DNA of 63,946 nucleotides from Octopus bimaculoides (GCF_001194135.2 NC_068995.1:44087205-44151150); one strand, 5' to 3'; shown: positions 49,141-61,804, counted from the stretch's first letter. A program made the numbers and translations. Notes: generated by a model not told the origin, from the letters alone.

Positions 49141-50004
49141 NNNNNNNNNNNNNNNNNNNNNNNNNNNNNNNNNNNNNNNNNNNNNNNNNNNNNNNNNNNN
49201 NNNNNNNNNNNNNNNNNNNNNNNNNNNNNNNNNNNNNNNNNNNNNNNNNNNNNNATATATACATATATGTGTATGTATATATGTATGTATGTATGTATAT
49301 GTATGTATGTATGTATGTATATATGTATGTACGTATGTATGTATGTATGTATGTATGGTATGTATGTATCCTTCCTCAATTACCAACAACGAATCGAAAT
49401 ATCTTCATTTAATACCGTAAATTTCAATTGAGTATAATTTCCGCTCTAATAAACAATTCGCGTAAGCAATTTTGCTACAAGCACTATTCAAGAGGATTGA
49501 AAGATTTCATTTTGTGAAGATTCTCGTAAATATAGTTTGGCAACAAGATGCTCTTTATATTGTTCATCATTTATTTCTCACTTCCATATCTCCTATTCTT
49601 CAGCATTGTCTCTTTAATCCCCGCTCTCATCGCATCAATCATCATCGGCACAACGTATCAATCATAATCTTAATTATTACCAACATATTGTTATTGCATA
49701 TAACCGTTGACATTTATTGTCATTCCTACTGCCATTGTAATCCTCCTCATCATCATCATCATCATCGTGACCGTCCTCATCACCATGATCATAATCATCG
49801 TCGCCATCATCATCATCATTGAGGCCTTCAATATTCTCTTCTTCTTCTTCCTATGTCTCAAATATTCATGACGTCAGGAAAATGATATTTACAAATCATT
49901 TTAATACCAGACAGTTATGATTGGATGTAATTTTACTTCACGTGTCTTTACACACGCGTGCATAAATGTGTGTGTGGGTGTATAAAACTGCTCATCATAT
50001 TCGA

Positions 50005-50085
50005 GGTTCCGATGAAGCTATAAGGTGTTACTTAGGCACTCAACTCTGAGTCCACTACATGTCATAGCAGAAACAGCTGTAAGCT
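50005..50085 (+). ncRNA. Type I hammerhead motif with U4-to-C substitution
   Basis: ggtt-CCGATGA-a-gctat..atagc-a-GAAA-cagctg-TA-agct. Confidence 0.65.
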
Positions 50086-50126
50086 AATGAAGTTCATAAG
50101 ATAATCGTTTATTCATTTGTCATCTT

Positions 50127-50163
<37 letters not shown>

Positions 50164-50735
50164 NNNNNNNNNNNNNNNNNNNNNNNNNNNNNNNNNNNNN
50201 NNNNNNNNNNNNNNNNNNNNNNNNNNNNNNNNNNNNNNNNNNNNNNNNNNNNNNNNNNNNNNNNNNNNNNNNNNNNNNNNNNNNNNNNNNNNNNNNNNNN
50301 NNNNNNNNNNNNNNNNNNNNNNNNNNNNNNNNNNNNNNNNNNNNNNNNNNNNNNNNNNNNNNNNNNNNNNNNNNNNNNNNNNNNNNNNNNNNNNNNNNNN
50401 NNNNNNNNNNNNNNNNNNNNNNNNNNNNNNNNNNNNNNNNNNNNNNNNNNNNNNNNNNNNNNNNNNNNNNNNNNNNNNNNNNNNNNNNNNNNNNNNNNNN
50501 NNNNNNNNNNNNNNNNNNNNNNNNNNNNNNNNNNNNNNNNNNNNNNNNNNNNNNNNNNNNNNNNNNNNNNNNNNNNNNNNNNNNNNNNNNNNNNNNNNNN
50601 NNNNNNNNNNNNNNNNNNNNNNNNNNNNNNNNNNNNNNNNNNNNNNNNNNNNNNNNNNNNNNNNNNNNNNNNNNNNNNNNNNNNNNNNNNNNNNNNNNNN
50701 NNNNNNNNNNNNNNNNNNNNNNNNNNNNNNNNNNN

Positions 50736-50771
<36 letters not shown>

Positions 50772-50775
<4 letters not shown>

Positions 50776-50915
50776 GACGGGTTTCTTTTCAGTTTCCGTC
50801 TACCAAATCCGCTCACAAAGCTTTGGTCGCCCCGAGACTATAGTAGAAGACACTTGCCCAAGGTGCTATACACAGTGGGACTGAACCCGGAACCATGTGG
50901 TTCATAAGCAAGCTA
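50772..50915 (-). mobile_element. SINE-B 5' module (gap at its internal microsatellite)
   Basis: ttcagtttccgtctaccaaatcc..agtgggactgaacccggaaccatgtgg. Confidence 0.9.
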
Positions 50916-52364
50916 TATATATATATATATATATATATACAGAGAGAGAGAGAGAGATGTATATTGTGGGGTGTATAGTTGCTTTTGAATGTAAGACAAA
51001 TAAAACACCATTACATTGCTTTACGCGGAGTGTGTGTGCCTAGGAAGAATTAGTTCTATTTATATTTATTTCAATTATTCATTTAACGAACAATTTGGTT
51101 AACGAACAGAGCTCCGAAATGGATTATGTTCGTATATAGAGACTCCACTGCTTCTAGATTATGCAGTATATAATTTCTTTAATAAGTGTACTTAATGCAG
51201 TCCTGTTTACTTGCGTTTAAAACACATCACATTATTATGAAGTTAACCTGTATAACAAAGCAAGTTTATAACTTTTACTAACAACTATACAACTTGGCTA
51301 TTTCGCTTCATAACTGCTCTTTATTTAGCAATTTCAACACCAACGAAACTATCAATATATCGCATTATTCATCCACTTTCATGTAGTTATATGTAAAAGT
51401 TATTCTCAAACCAGATTACACCATTGAATCAATCGCTACACATACACACATATACATGCAAATATTCGAATGTTCGACTGCGTTCTGTAATTATAATACT
51501 GAATCCTCGTGTTGTTTGATCCAGTCTCTGTAGTCAACAACTGGCATATGTTTTCTTTCAGTTCCGGTTTTAACAAGCTTTGTTTGTTTGTTGTTGTTTT
51601 TTTACTTTTCTTTCGTGTATTTCTCGGTTCTATTTTCTTTGTTACATTACAGTGGTGCTTCATTGTTGCTGTTTCTAGTGTTGGAATTATAAAACGCGTT
51701 AAGTAAACCATCAAATTATATCAGGAAACACAAAAAATAGAGAGACATGTCCGTTTCTCTAACAAAAAATTCGTACTTGTATTTTTTCGGTTGAATTTTG
51801 AGGTGAAACAGAATTGATAATAATATTAACCTTATCGATAATCCTGAGATTTGTATTTGAATAAAGAATGGTAATTAACCAATTCAACGCATTTTTTATC
51901 TTTATAGCCACAGCAAGTATTTACTATCTAATTGTAATATTAACAACTATTTCTGTTTTTACTTATTTTTCTACCTTATGTTTAATACATACAAACGAAT
52001 ATTAGTTCTTATGCAAACACTAGTCCATTTTACGAATATCTTATTCTCTCTTTACTCCATTGTTACCTCTATAACACTTGTTTACATTAAGAATCCACTA
52101 GCTCTTTATACACTATCTGCTCTAGTATTCTCATGTATAATTTTTTTTTAAATATACACCACACTAAGTATTGTTTCTAACTATCAACTCATATCTTAAT
52201 TCAAATATAGCCATGCTTTTCCATTAACACATTTCTATACAATCTTTTCCCTACACGACTTATTTGGAGTTAGAATCTCTAATCTCCTTACTCATCTACA
52301 GTTAGTCTCGGTTAATACATACATCGATATATATATATATACATATATATACATACATATATAT

Positions 52365-52402
<38 letters not shown>

Positions 52403-53033
52403 NNNNNNNNNNNNNNNNNNNNNNNNNNNNNNNNNNNNNNNNNNNNNNNNNNNNNNNNNNNNNNNNNNNNNNNNNNNNNNNNNNNNNNNNNNNNNNNNNN
52501 NNNNNNNNNNNNNNNNNNNNNNNNNNNNNNNNNNNNNNNNNNNNNNNNNNNNNNNNNNNNNNNNNNNNNNNNNNNNNNNNNNNNNNNNNNNNNNNNNNNN
52601 NNNNNNNNNNNNNNNNNNNNNNNNNNNNNNNNNNNNNNNNNNNNNNNNNNNNNNNNNNNNNNNNNNNNNNNNNNNNNNNNNNNNNNNNNNNNNNNNNNNN
52701 NNNNNNNNNNNNNNNNNNNNNNNNNNNNNNNNNNNNNNNNNNNNNNNNNNNNNNNNNNNNNNNNNNNNNNNNNNNNNNNNNNNNNNNNNNNNNNNNNNNN
52801 NNNNNNNNNNNNNNNNNNNNNNNNNNNNNNNNNNNNNNNNNNNNNNNNNNNNNNNNNNNNNNNNNNNNNNNNNNNNNNNNNNNNNNNNNNNNNNNNNNNN
52901 NNNNNNNNNNNNNNNNNNNNNNNNNNNNNNNNNNNNNNNNNNNNNNNNNNNNNNNNNNNNNNNNNNNNNNNNNNNNNNNNNNNNNNNNNNNNNNNNNNNN
53001 NNNNNNNNNNNNNNNNNNNNNNNNNNNNNNNNN

Positions 53034-53079
<46 letters not shown>

Positions 53080-53569
53080 GTATGTATGCATGTATGTGTG
53101 TGTATGTATTAGCCTTTATTTGGCAGAGTCTTTTGTCTGTTTCGTTTGGTTAAATGTAATTAATACTCACCATCAAGAGAAGTAGTAACGCCGAAATCGA
53201 AGCGAGATTATACACATGTCCGCAGAAAACTGAATGCGTCAAGTGGGGTGGTCTTATCATAGGCTGAAGATACCCGCCACTGGTATCATGTAAACCAATA
53301 CTACCTGTTCCATGGTTGAGTGGTCGGTGATTAAACCAGCACCTCCCACTTGTATAGTTTGCTATTCTTGTGAGGAGGGTACCTGGACACCTAGCAGGAC
53401 TAAACCTGATGAGCTCCTTGTGGGCCAAAGCTATCCAGTTGGGCGAGGCAATGTCAAACTACCGCAATATCTTTGCCAAAACAAACACCAAGAACTCACG
53501 CTTAATTGGGAAGAGTTTTGGTGTAGTGTCGTCAACGTGCTGTAAAAGCGTACGATCCATGACGACGAA

Positions 53570-53602
<33 letters not shown>

Positions 53603-54167
53603 CGACTAATTTAATTAGATAAAGTCGCCAAAGTTTAATAGGGAACAAATGAAAAGTGTTCGGCGTAAATGTTTGCTGTGTCTAAAATAATATTCAGCCA
53701 GGATCAACGACTTTGATGTCGTGTGTGAGGTAGAAAGCAATCAGCCAAAAGGATCGCTTCAAACAGCTGTAACACTCATTTACACTTTGTGGTCTTGTAC
53801 CTAGGAGAATTATCATTATTGTATTATATCTCTTAGGAGTTTTCCGTTGTCTTTAGATCTTAAGAATCTAATTGGTATTCTGATTAGAAAATAAATGGTA
53901 GACAGATATACATATAGCTCCAGGTAAATTGTAATGCCACCTTTTACATGGAATGGCATTATCCCTGCTGCTCAGCTAAATGAATTTGTAATCCTATTCA
54001 ATATAATTGACTGGATAGCTAACATTTCTTTGAAGAGATTTTCCTGTTAGTTCAAATAATAGAGATTGTTTTCTATGTTTCCTTTTTACGTGAACTTGCT
54101 TTCATTAATGAGTGGAGTATAACTAGCTCACATTCGTTCGTACTGAATAATAACATTTGCCAGTAGC

Positions 54168-54221
<54 letters not shown>

Positions 54222-54439
54222 TTTAGGATCTGGCTTAAAGAATTACCTATTGTAATTTGCAACACACAAATAGAACATGAGAACCAATGCAGTATGACTA
54301 GCAGCACATTTCGATAATTGTGTACGCTATTCATTACTATACTCTTAGAATAGTGGTTGGCCTTAGGTACACCATGAAGCATTCATTTAATTATTTTTAT
54401 AAAATACACCATAATGTAAGCACATTATTATTTCTAACA

Positions 54440-54440
<1 letters not shown>

Positions 54441-54503
<63 letters not shown>

Positions 54504-54551
54504 CATCATCATCATCATTATTATTATTACTATTATTATTATTATTATTAT

Positions 54552-54606
<55 letters not shown>

Positions 54607-54636
54607 TTTAATATTACTATCATCATTATTATTATT
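54441..54636. repeat. Compound (ATT)/(ATC)/(AGT) microsatellite
   Basis: Direct reading. Confidence 0.95.
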
Positions 54637-54689
54637 AAGGCGACGAGCTGACAGCATCGCTAGAACGCCGGGCGAAATGCTTAGCGGTA
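54637..54689 (+). mobile_element. SINE-A head only
   Basis: aaggcgacgagctgacagcatcgctagaacgccgggcgaaatgcttagcggta. Confidence 0.8.
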
Positions 54690-54697
54690 GAGAAAGG

Positions 54698-54728
<31 letters not shown>

Positions 54729-54730
<2 letters not shown>

Positions 54731-54874
54731 CAGTTCTATATTTAAGAGATGAGGAATTATGTACATTATTTACATTATTTACATTTGACGGATATTTGTG
54801 CTCATCTTGTTTCTTAACACAACGTTTCGGCTGATATACCCTCCAGCCTTCATCAGGTGTTTTGGGGAAATTTC
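54729..54874 (-). mobile_element. Short PLE-like terminal repeat between (ATT)n and (AGC)/(AGT)n
   Basis: Carries the hammerhead at 54816-54861. Confidence 0.65.
54816..54861 (-). ncRNA. Minimal type I hammerhead ribozyme motif, intact
   Basis: aacac-CTGATGA-a-ggctg(10 nt)cagcc-GAAA-cg-TT-gtgtt. Perfect 5-bp stems I and II, loopless palindromic stem III ACGT, triplet GUU. Confidence 0.85.
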
Positions 54875-54875
54875 G

Positions 54876-54952
<77 letters not shown>

Positions 54953-55265
54953 NNNNNNNNNNNNNNNNNNNNNNNNNNNNNNNNNNNNNNNNNNNNNNNN
55001 NNNNNNNNNNNNNNNNNNNNNNNNNNNNNNNNNNNNNNNNNNNNNNNNNNNNNNNNNNNNNNNNNNNNNNNNNNNNNNNNNNNNNNNNNNNNNNNNNNNN
55101 NNNNNNNNNNNNNNNNNNNNNNNNNNNNNNNNNNNNNNNNNNNNNNNNNNNNNNNNNNNNNNNNNNNNNNNNNNNNNNNNNNNNNNNNNNNNNNNNNNNN
55201 NNNNNNNNNNNNNNNNNNNNNNNNNNNNNNNNNNNNNNNNNNNNNNNNNNNNNNNNNNNNNNNNN

Positions 55266-55338
<73 letters not shown>

Positions 55339-55357
55339 GTGTCTGACGATATATACA

Positions 55358-55834
55358 TGTCTTGGTGTAAAAGATGGGCTACAGCTAATATTCTGTTCAA
55401 TACCACAGATTTACTTGTTAATTGCTTGACCATAACTAGTTGAGCATGTCCCTTAGTGGCTGGTGATATGTGCATCTCTGAACACGAGCAGAAGCAGTGC
55501 AGGAGCATCATAGCTACGTGCCGAGAGGAATTCTTTGGGATTTGAATAATTCACTTCTGGAAACATGGGTGTTTTATTCATCATCTTTAAACAACCCTTA
55601 TTCAGAGATCTTTTGAGCGGGATGGGCTACTCAACCTGAGGAAAATTCTAACTGGCCCCCACTTGCAACGTCATGCACTGTTTATCTTGATATGAAGTCA
55701 CCATGTCGCGCACATATGGTTGTGATGTATGTACCCGGTGTACCCTTATAAGACGGGTAGTCATGATGGGTGTATTGGGCTTCGTATATTTCTACCCCAG
55801 TGTCACTTTGATGGCATGAATTGCTCTCTCACTC
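55358..55834 (+). mobile_element. Element D, 5'-truncated copy followed by (AAT)n
   Basis: Reverse complement of 47772-48240. Confidence 0.9.
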
Positions 55835-55867
55835 AATAATAATGACAATAATAATGATAATGATAAT

Positions 55868-56072
55868 GGTGTCGAATTTTGGCTCAAGACCAGCAATTTC
55901 GGGGGAGGGACTAAGTCGATTGCATCAAACCCCAGTATTCAACTGGTACTTATTTTATCCACTCCGAAAGGATGAAAGGCAAAGTTAACCTCAGCGGAAT
56001 TTGAACTCAGAACGTAAACATGGACGAAATATGCTAAGCATTTTTCCCAGCGTATTAACGATTTTGTGGCAG
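55868..56072 (-). mobile_element. SINE-A copy
   Basis: ccgaaaggatgaaaggcaaagttaacctcagcggaatttgaactcagaacg. Confidence 0.9.
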
Positions 56073-56403
56073 CTATTATTAATATCTGACTAATCATTTT
56101 TTCTCTTCTTTTTTTTTTTGGCGATTATTACATAAAATGTCTAACATATGGATATATTTTAACAAGGATTCAGCGTGACAAATCTCTCAGGTAATATTTA
56201 AATTATCTAACACTCTAGGTTTTGGAGAACTATGTGACTTTTTTTCCCAGTACACAATTACTTAAAAAAATATATTGCCTAAACACAATCTAATTATGTT
56301 TCTAAAATTGTTAAATTTGAAATCCTCACGATGTACAAGATTCATTTCATTTGATTAAATATTATTTTAATATATGATATTTATTACATATTTATTACAT
56401 ATT

Positions 56404-56452
<49 letters not shown>

Positions 56453-56841
56453 TCTATCTCTCTCTCTCTCTCTTTGTCTTTCTTTCTCTCTGGTTTTATA
56501 AGTTTCCTTTGTATTTACTAAGTTATCAATATCGCTTGTGTTTCACCTAATTAATTTCCGTTGTTTAATATTTTCTTGTATTCTTGTACTTCGCCATTCT
56601 TCTGACAAAAATTCCAGGTCTTGTACAAGAGTGCATATTCTTTAGATCTATATTTTGTTACAGCATTCAGTTTTGCATTGTTTATTTTGATCTTAAAATG
56701 CTACTTCAAATCAACTTCGATATCTTCTATAAAGTCTGTTATCTGGAACATTTCGAAAACTAGATCCAATTGATATGTTTGATTACCAATACTTTCACTC
56801 ATGTAAATTACTTTTTGACCCTTAATATTATTCTAGTAATA

Positions 56842-57054
56842 AAGGCGAGATATTGGCAGAATCGGTAGCACGCTGGGGGGAAATGTTTAGCGGCATTTCA
56901 TCCGTCTTTACGTTCAGAATTCAAGTTCCACTAAAGTCGATTTTAAATTTCATCCTTTTGGAGTCGATAAAATAAGTACCAGTTGGACACTGGGGTAGAT
57001 TTAATCCAATAACTCTCCCCCGAAATTGCTGGCTCTGTGCAAAAATTTGAAACC
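56842..57054 (+). mobile_element. SINE-A copy (tandem 1)
   Basis: tggcagaatcggtagcacg..gaaacc. Confidence 0.85.
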
Positions 57055-57071
57055 AATAGTATTCTACTAAT

Positions 57072-57286
57072 GGAAGTGGAAAGATGGCAGAATCGTTACC
57101 GAGCCGGGCAAAATACTTACCGGTATTTCTTCCGACTTAATGTTCTGAGCTCAAATGTCACTGAGGTCGACTTTGCCTTTTATCCCTTTCGAGGTCGATA
57201 AAATAGGTACTAACTGAACTAGGAATTGATGTAATTGACTTACCCGCTCCTACGAAATTGATAGCCTTGTACCAAAATTTGAAACC
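57072..57286 (+). mobile_element. SINE-A copy (tandem 2)
   Basis: tggcagaatcgttaccgagccgggc..gaaacc. Confidence 0.85.
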
Positions 57287-57326
57287 AATATTATTCTAGC
57301 AATACCTGGCCAAAATAAATCAATAG

Positions 57327-57511
57327 GCACAGGTGTGGCTGTGGTAAGTAGCTTGCTTACCAACCACATGGTTCTGGGTTCAGTCCCACTGCGTGGCACC
57401 TTGGGCAAGTGCCTTCTGCTAAAACCTCAGGTCGACCTTGGCCTTGTGAGTGGATTTGGTAGACGGAAACTGAAAGAAGCTTGTTGTATATGTGTGTATG
57501 TGTGTGTGTGT

Positions 57512-57602
<91 letters not shown>

Positions 57603-57790
57603 TTTGTCACCACCACCACCATCGCTTGACAACCAACGCTGGTGTGTTTACGCCCCCGTAACTCAATGGTTCGGCAAAAGAGACCGATAGAATAAGTTTC
57701 TTAGGCTTACAAAGAATAAGTTCTGGGGTCGATTTGTTCGACTAAAGGCGATGCTCTAGCATGGCCACAGTCAAATGACCGAAAGAAATT
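57327..57790 (+). mobile_element. SINE-B full length with long internal (TG)n
   Basis: ggcacaggtgtggctgtggtaag (A box), gggttcagtccc (B box), tail gcatggccacagtcaaatgac. Confidence 0.95.
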
Positions 57791-58403
57791 TTAAAAAATA
57801 GTTAATACGAAATTTATGAACGGGAAGTTGTATAAGTAAAATCAAAGTGAGATGAATCCGAGAAATCTATCTTCCTATTTCCCGCTCACCATCAATATCT
57901 TGCAAAAGACGTATTTTCATTTTCCTTCTCTTACAAAACTGAAAGTCAATGTTTGTCACGGAGATCAAGCATTTATTTAAAAGGCTTCTATCTAATCTTA
58001 TATTTTCCAAGTTCTGTATCAATTTTTGCTCTACCTTACTTCTCTCACAGAATTTCAAATACTACAAGTCCAATTACAAAAACTTCCACTAATGACATTC
58101 CTACACTGTATCCTTTGTTCATTCTCTCTCTCTCTCTCACTCTCTCTCTCTCCTACGTATTGACAATGATTTCTACCGCAATCATTCTGTTTACCATCCA
58201 TATTTGAAATTTTGGCATCATATTTCTTTGCTAAAGCAGAATCACAACAAATGAGACAAGGGTTCTATTTCCTCAATGTAGTATCAAGAGACTGTTTTTG
58301 TCTTGTTTTGTTTTCGTCGTTCTTCTTTTTTAACATTTCTTGTCAAGTTTTGGCTGGTAGTGATTGAAGGGTATTACTATGTTTGTATGTATATAATGTG
58401 TGC

Positions 58404-58442
<39 letters not shown>

Positions 58443-58613
58443 TAACGGTTGCTACATCCTCTGGGAAAATTNNNNNNNNNNNNNNNNNNNNNNNNNNNNN
58501 NNNNNNNNNNNNNNNNNNNNNNNNNNNNNNNNNNNNNNNNNNNNNNNNNNNNNNNNNNNNNNNNNNNNNNNNNNNNNNNNNNNNNNNNNNNNNNNNNNNN
58601 NNNNNNNNNNNNN

Positions 58614-58742
58614 TACGACGGCTTCTTTTCTGTTTTCAGAGGCTATAGTAGAAGACATTTGCCCAAGGTGCCACGCAGTGGGACTAAACCCGGAACCATG
58701 TGGTTGGTAAGCAAGCTACTTACCACACAGCCATTCTTGCGC
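58614..58742 (-). mobile_element. SINE-B 5' module next to a gap
   Basis: gctatagtagaagacatttgcccaaggtgccacgcagtgggactaaacccgg. Confidence 0.9.
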
Positions 58743-59849
58743 CTCGGTATCTTTTTATCAGATCTCGTATTAACAAGGATTTTCAACAGCTATAAAGTAT
58801 ATTTTTAAAACATCGACGTCGAACTTAAATATCCTTGTAGCCAACGCGTCACAGAACGCCATTTCGTAACTACTGCTGTAAACCGTCAACTATAGCCATT
58901 CCTTTGACGAAAGAGTATTTATCCGGTTTTTGCTTCAAGCAGCAGAATGCTAAAAGGTTTTGAGCTACAGGTGGTTACTACGATTCGAGTTATATTAATC
59001 CCATGCTGACATTTATATGTCTGTTGAATTGGCAAAAGAAACATTTGCGAGTGAAGAAGAAAATATTCGAAAAACCTAAAATAACAATCATAACACTTAT
59101 AAGCCAACGTTGTGTCGTGACTCGACCTACTAAAATTAGCAGCTAAATCTTCTCTCCAATCACATCCTTCACCCTCAAGAAGAGAAGAATAAATACATTG
59201 GCGCAAAAGTCCTTGGTGAACTATATTTGAAAATATGTCAGTATGTTCATAGATGGACGCATCACTTTTGATTATGTGACTGATATATCAGAGCTGGCCT
59301 GGGGTGGGGGCGGGGTGGGGGTGGCTAAACAGTAACAACAACAACAGCAACAGTGACAATGACAACAATTACAACACTATTACGATCACAATGATTGCCA
59401 AGGTAACACAATTGAATGTTAGAGTTCCGGCAGATATAGATGTGGATGTTAGTTGAACTTAGTCTTAATGTCTTCTGTAGACTTCCTACACAAAACTGCA
59501 GCTTTTGTTGTTGTTGTTGTTTTCTTTTTTTCTACTGGACTAATATAAGTGGAAAACGAATGGACAGCAATATTTGCTTGTCTTTTTACAACCAGGTTTA
59601 AATAAAGAATCATTTATTGTGGATTGTTACCCAATTGTCTGCAGAATTTGATTCATGAATATTCATGTCTTATGTCGCCATAAATCAACACGCACGCGTG
59701 ATGGCGCACAGGGACGCATACAAACAACATGTGCGCGCGAGAACTAAGACACACAGAGACGCGCTCATACACAAACATACATAGATATATATATTCATAT
59801 ATACATATACGCACACAAAATTACAAATATATATATCATTATTATTATT

Positions 59850-59902
<53 letters not shown>

Positions 59903-60977
59903 CATTATTATCATTATTATTAATATTTAGCAGAAGTAACAGTATGTGTGTGTATATATATATATATATATATNNNNNNNNNNNNNNNNNNNNNNNNNNN
60001 NNNNNNNNNNNNNNNNNNNNNNNNNNNNNNNNNNNNNNNNNNNNNNNNNNNNNNNNNNNNNNNNNNNNNNNNNNNNNNNNNNNNNNNNNNNNNNNNNNNN
60101 NNNNNNNNNNNNNNNNNNNNNNNNNNNNNNNNNNNNNNNNNNNNNNNNNNNNNNNNNNNNNNNNNNNNNNNNNNNNNNNNNNNNNNNNNNNNNNNNNNNN
60201 NNNNNNNNNNNNNNNNNNNNNNNNNNNNNNNNNNNNNNNNNNNNNNNNNNNNNNNNNNNNNNNNNNNNNNNNNNNNNNNNNNNNNNNNNNNNNNNNNNNN
60301 NNNNNNNNNNNNNNNNNNNNNNNNNNNNNNNNNNNNNNNNNNNNNNNNNNNNNNNNNNNNNNNNNNNNNNNNNNNNNNNNNNNNNNNNNNNNNNNNNNNN
60401 NNNNNNNNNNNNNNNNNNNNNNNNNNNNNNNNNNNNNNNNNNNNNNNNNNNNNNNNNNNNNNNNNNNNNNNNNNNNNNNNNNNNNNNTATATATATATAT
60501 ATCCATGTATATATTGTGTTGAAAAGCTTTATGTGCGAGTGCATATATCGATATAGTTTAGAAATTGTTTGTCTTCTATCTTATAGAAAACACTTCCTTC
60601 ATATTGTAATTCGTTTTTATATTTGTACGTTCACTCTGGAATCTTACTTCCGCATCTCAATGTGATTCAGCATATGCATAACAGCAATAGGTTGTATTGT
60701 AGTTATTTGTTTTGTTTGAAGTTTATCTGTGATGGATTCAGTGTTTTTGGTTAGTTTGCTTTGAGGTTTTTTTTTTTTTGTTTTTTTTTTTTAGTTTTTG
60801 TTTCATTCCCTTTCTTGTTGTGCATGAACATGTTATTCTTGTACTTTTTAGGTGGTAGCAGTTATAGAAACGTATTTTGGTTGGTTCCTATTAACTTGAT
60901 ATAATACAATGCTTTTTGTGTATGTATCTACACGTTTTGCAACACGCCGAGATGCCCAACGCACATATATATGCATT

Positions 60978-61022
<45 letters not shown>

Positions 61023-61293
61023 NNNNNNNNNNNNNNNNNNGCGCGCGCGTGTGTGTGTGTGTGTGCGTGTGTGTGTGTGTGTGTGTCTGTGCGTGTGTGT
61101 GTGCATGCACCTTAGCAAAAGGACCGCAGTTTTCTGCTGGGATATGTCTTTTTTTTGTAGAAAACCGCTGGAAATGTGCCTTTCTGCTAACACATACATA
61201 TACAATAATCCCACAACTATCACGAGTGCTTCGTTCCAAAACCCCACCCGATAGGAGCAAATCCTCGAAGTAGAAACAGTACTTTACAGTATA

Positions 61294-61664
61294 TTTATTA
61301 TCTCCGCCTTAGCGAAGGTGAACGTATTCTTTTCAGTCGTGCTTGTTTGTTTGTCCATGGACAAGATATCTCAAGAACCGCTAGATAGATTCGGATGAAA
61401 CTTTTATGGATATTTGACCTCATGACTGACACGAGCTGATTAGATTTTGGGACCTATCCGGTACACACAAGGATTCTGGATTATTTTTTCCGGATATTTA
61501 ACTTAATTTTTTGAGAGCGGTCGGGTTCATTTTTAGTATTCTCGTTCGTGCAAGCAGTCGAGTTTATTTCAGATAGTCTCATTTTGAAAATCATCTCAGG
61601 GTAATCGTTGAGAGAACGTTGGTGTTGCCTTGGCGGAGGTTTGCGCTCTCTGAGTGCTCTTGTT
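61294..61664 (+). mobile_element. Helentron-associated non-autonomous element (HINE/DINE-1-like)
   Basis: Subterminal IRs ctccgcc (61302-61308) / ggcggag (61632-61638), 5' hairpin cctt-agcg-aagg, a short (GTTT)n tract and 3' hairpin gcgctc-tct-gagtgc (61643-61657), with T-rich flanks. Confidence 0.65.
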
Positions 61665-61749
61665 TGTATTATTTTTATAATTTGTATGTATCTATTTTAT
61701 TATAAATGCAAAACAACACCACGGAGGAATAGACGTAAGCTTAAATAAT

Positions 61750-61804
61750 AAACCGCGATAGGCGAACCGCGATAGGCGAACCGCGATAAGGCGAGGGATT
61801 ATTG
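61750..61804. mobile_element. Tigger-type MITE terminus with triplicated 14-bp subterminal motif
   Basis: Reverse strand reads caataatccctcgccttatcgcggttcgcc(tatcgcggtt)..; aaccgcgataggcg x3. Confidence 0.55.

Noticed and set aside
51500-51575. Minus-strand peptide KHMPVVDYRDWIKQHEDS, or a plus-strand terminal FRF* exon
   Set aside because: No matching splice-site pair supports either reading.
469-61273. Dozens of ORFs with poly-HT, VC, YI, N, I, S or X runs
   Set aside because: They are translations of microsatellites or N gaps, with no coding evidence.
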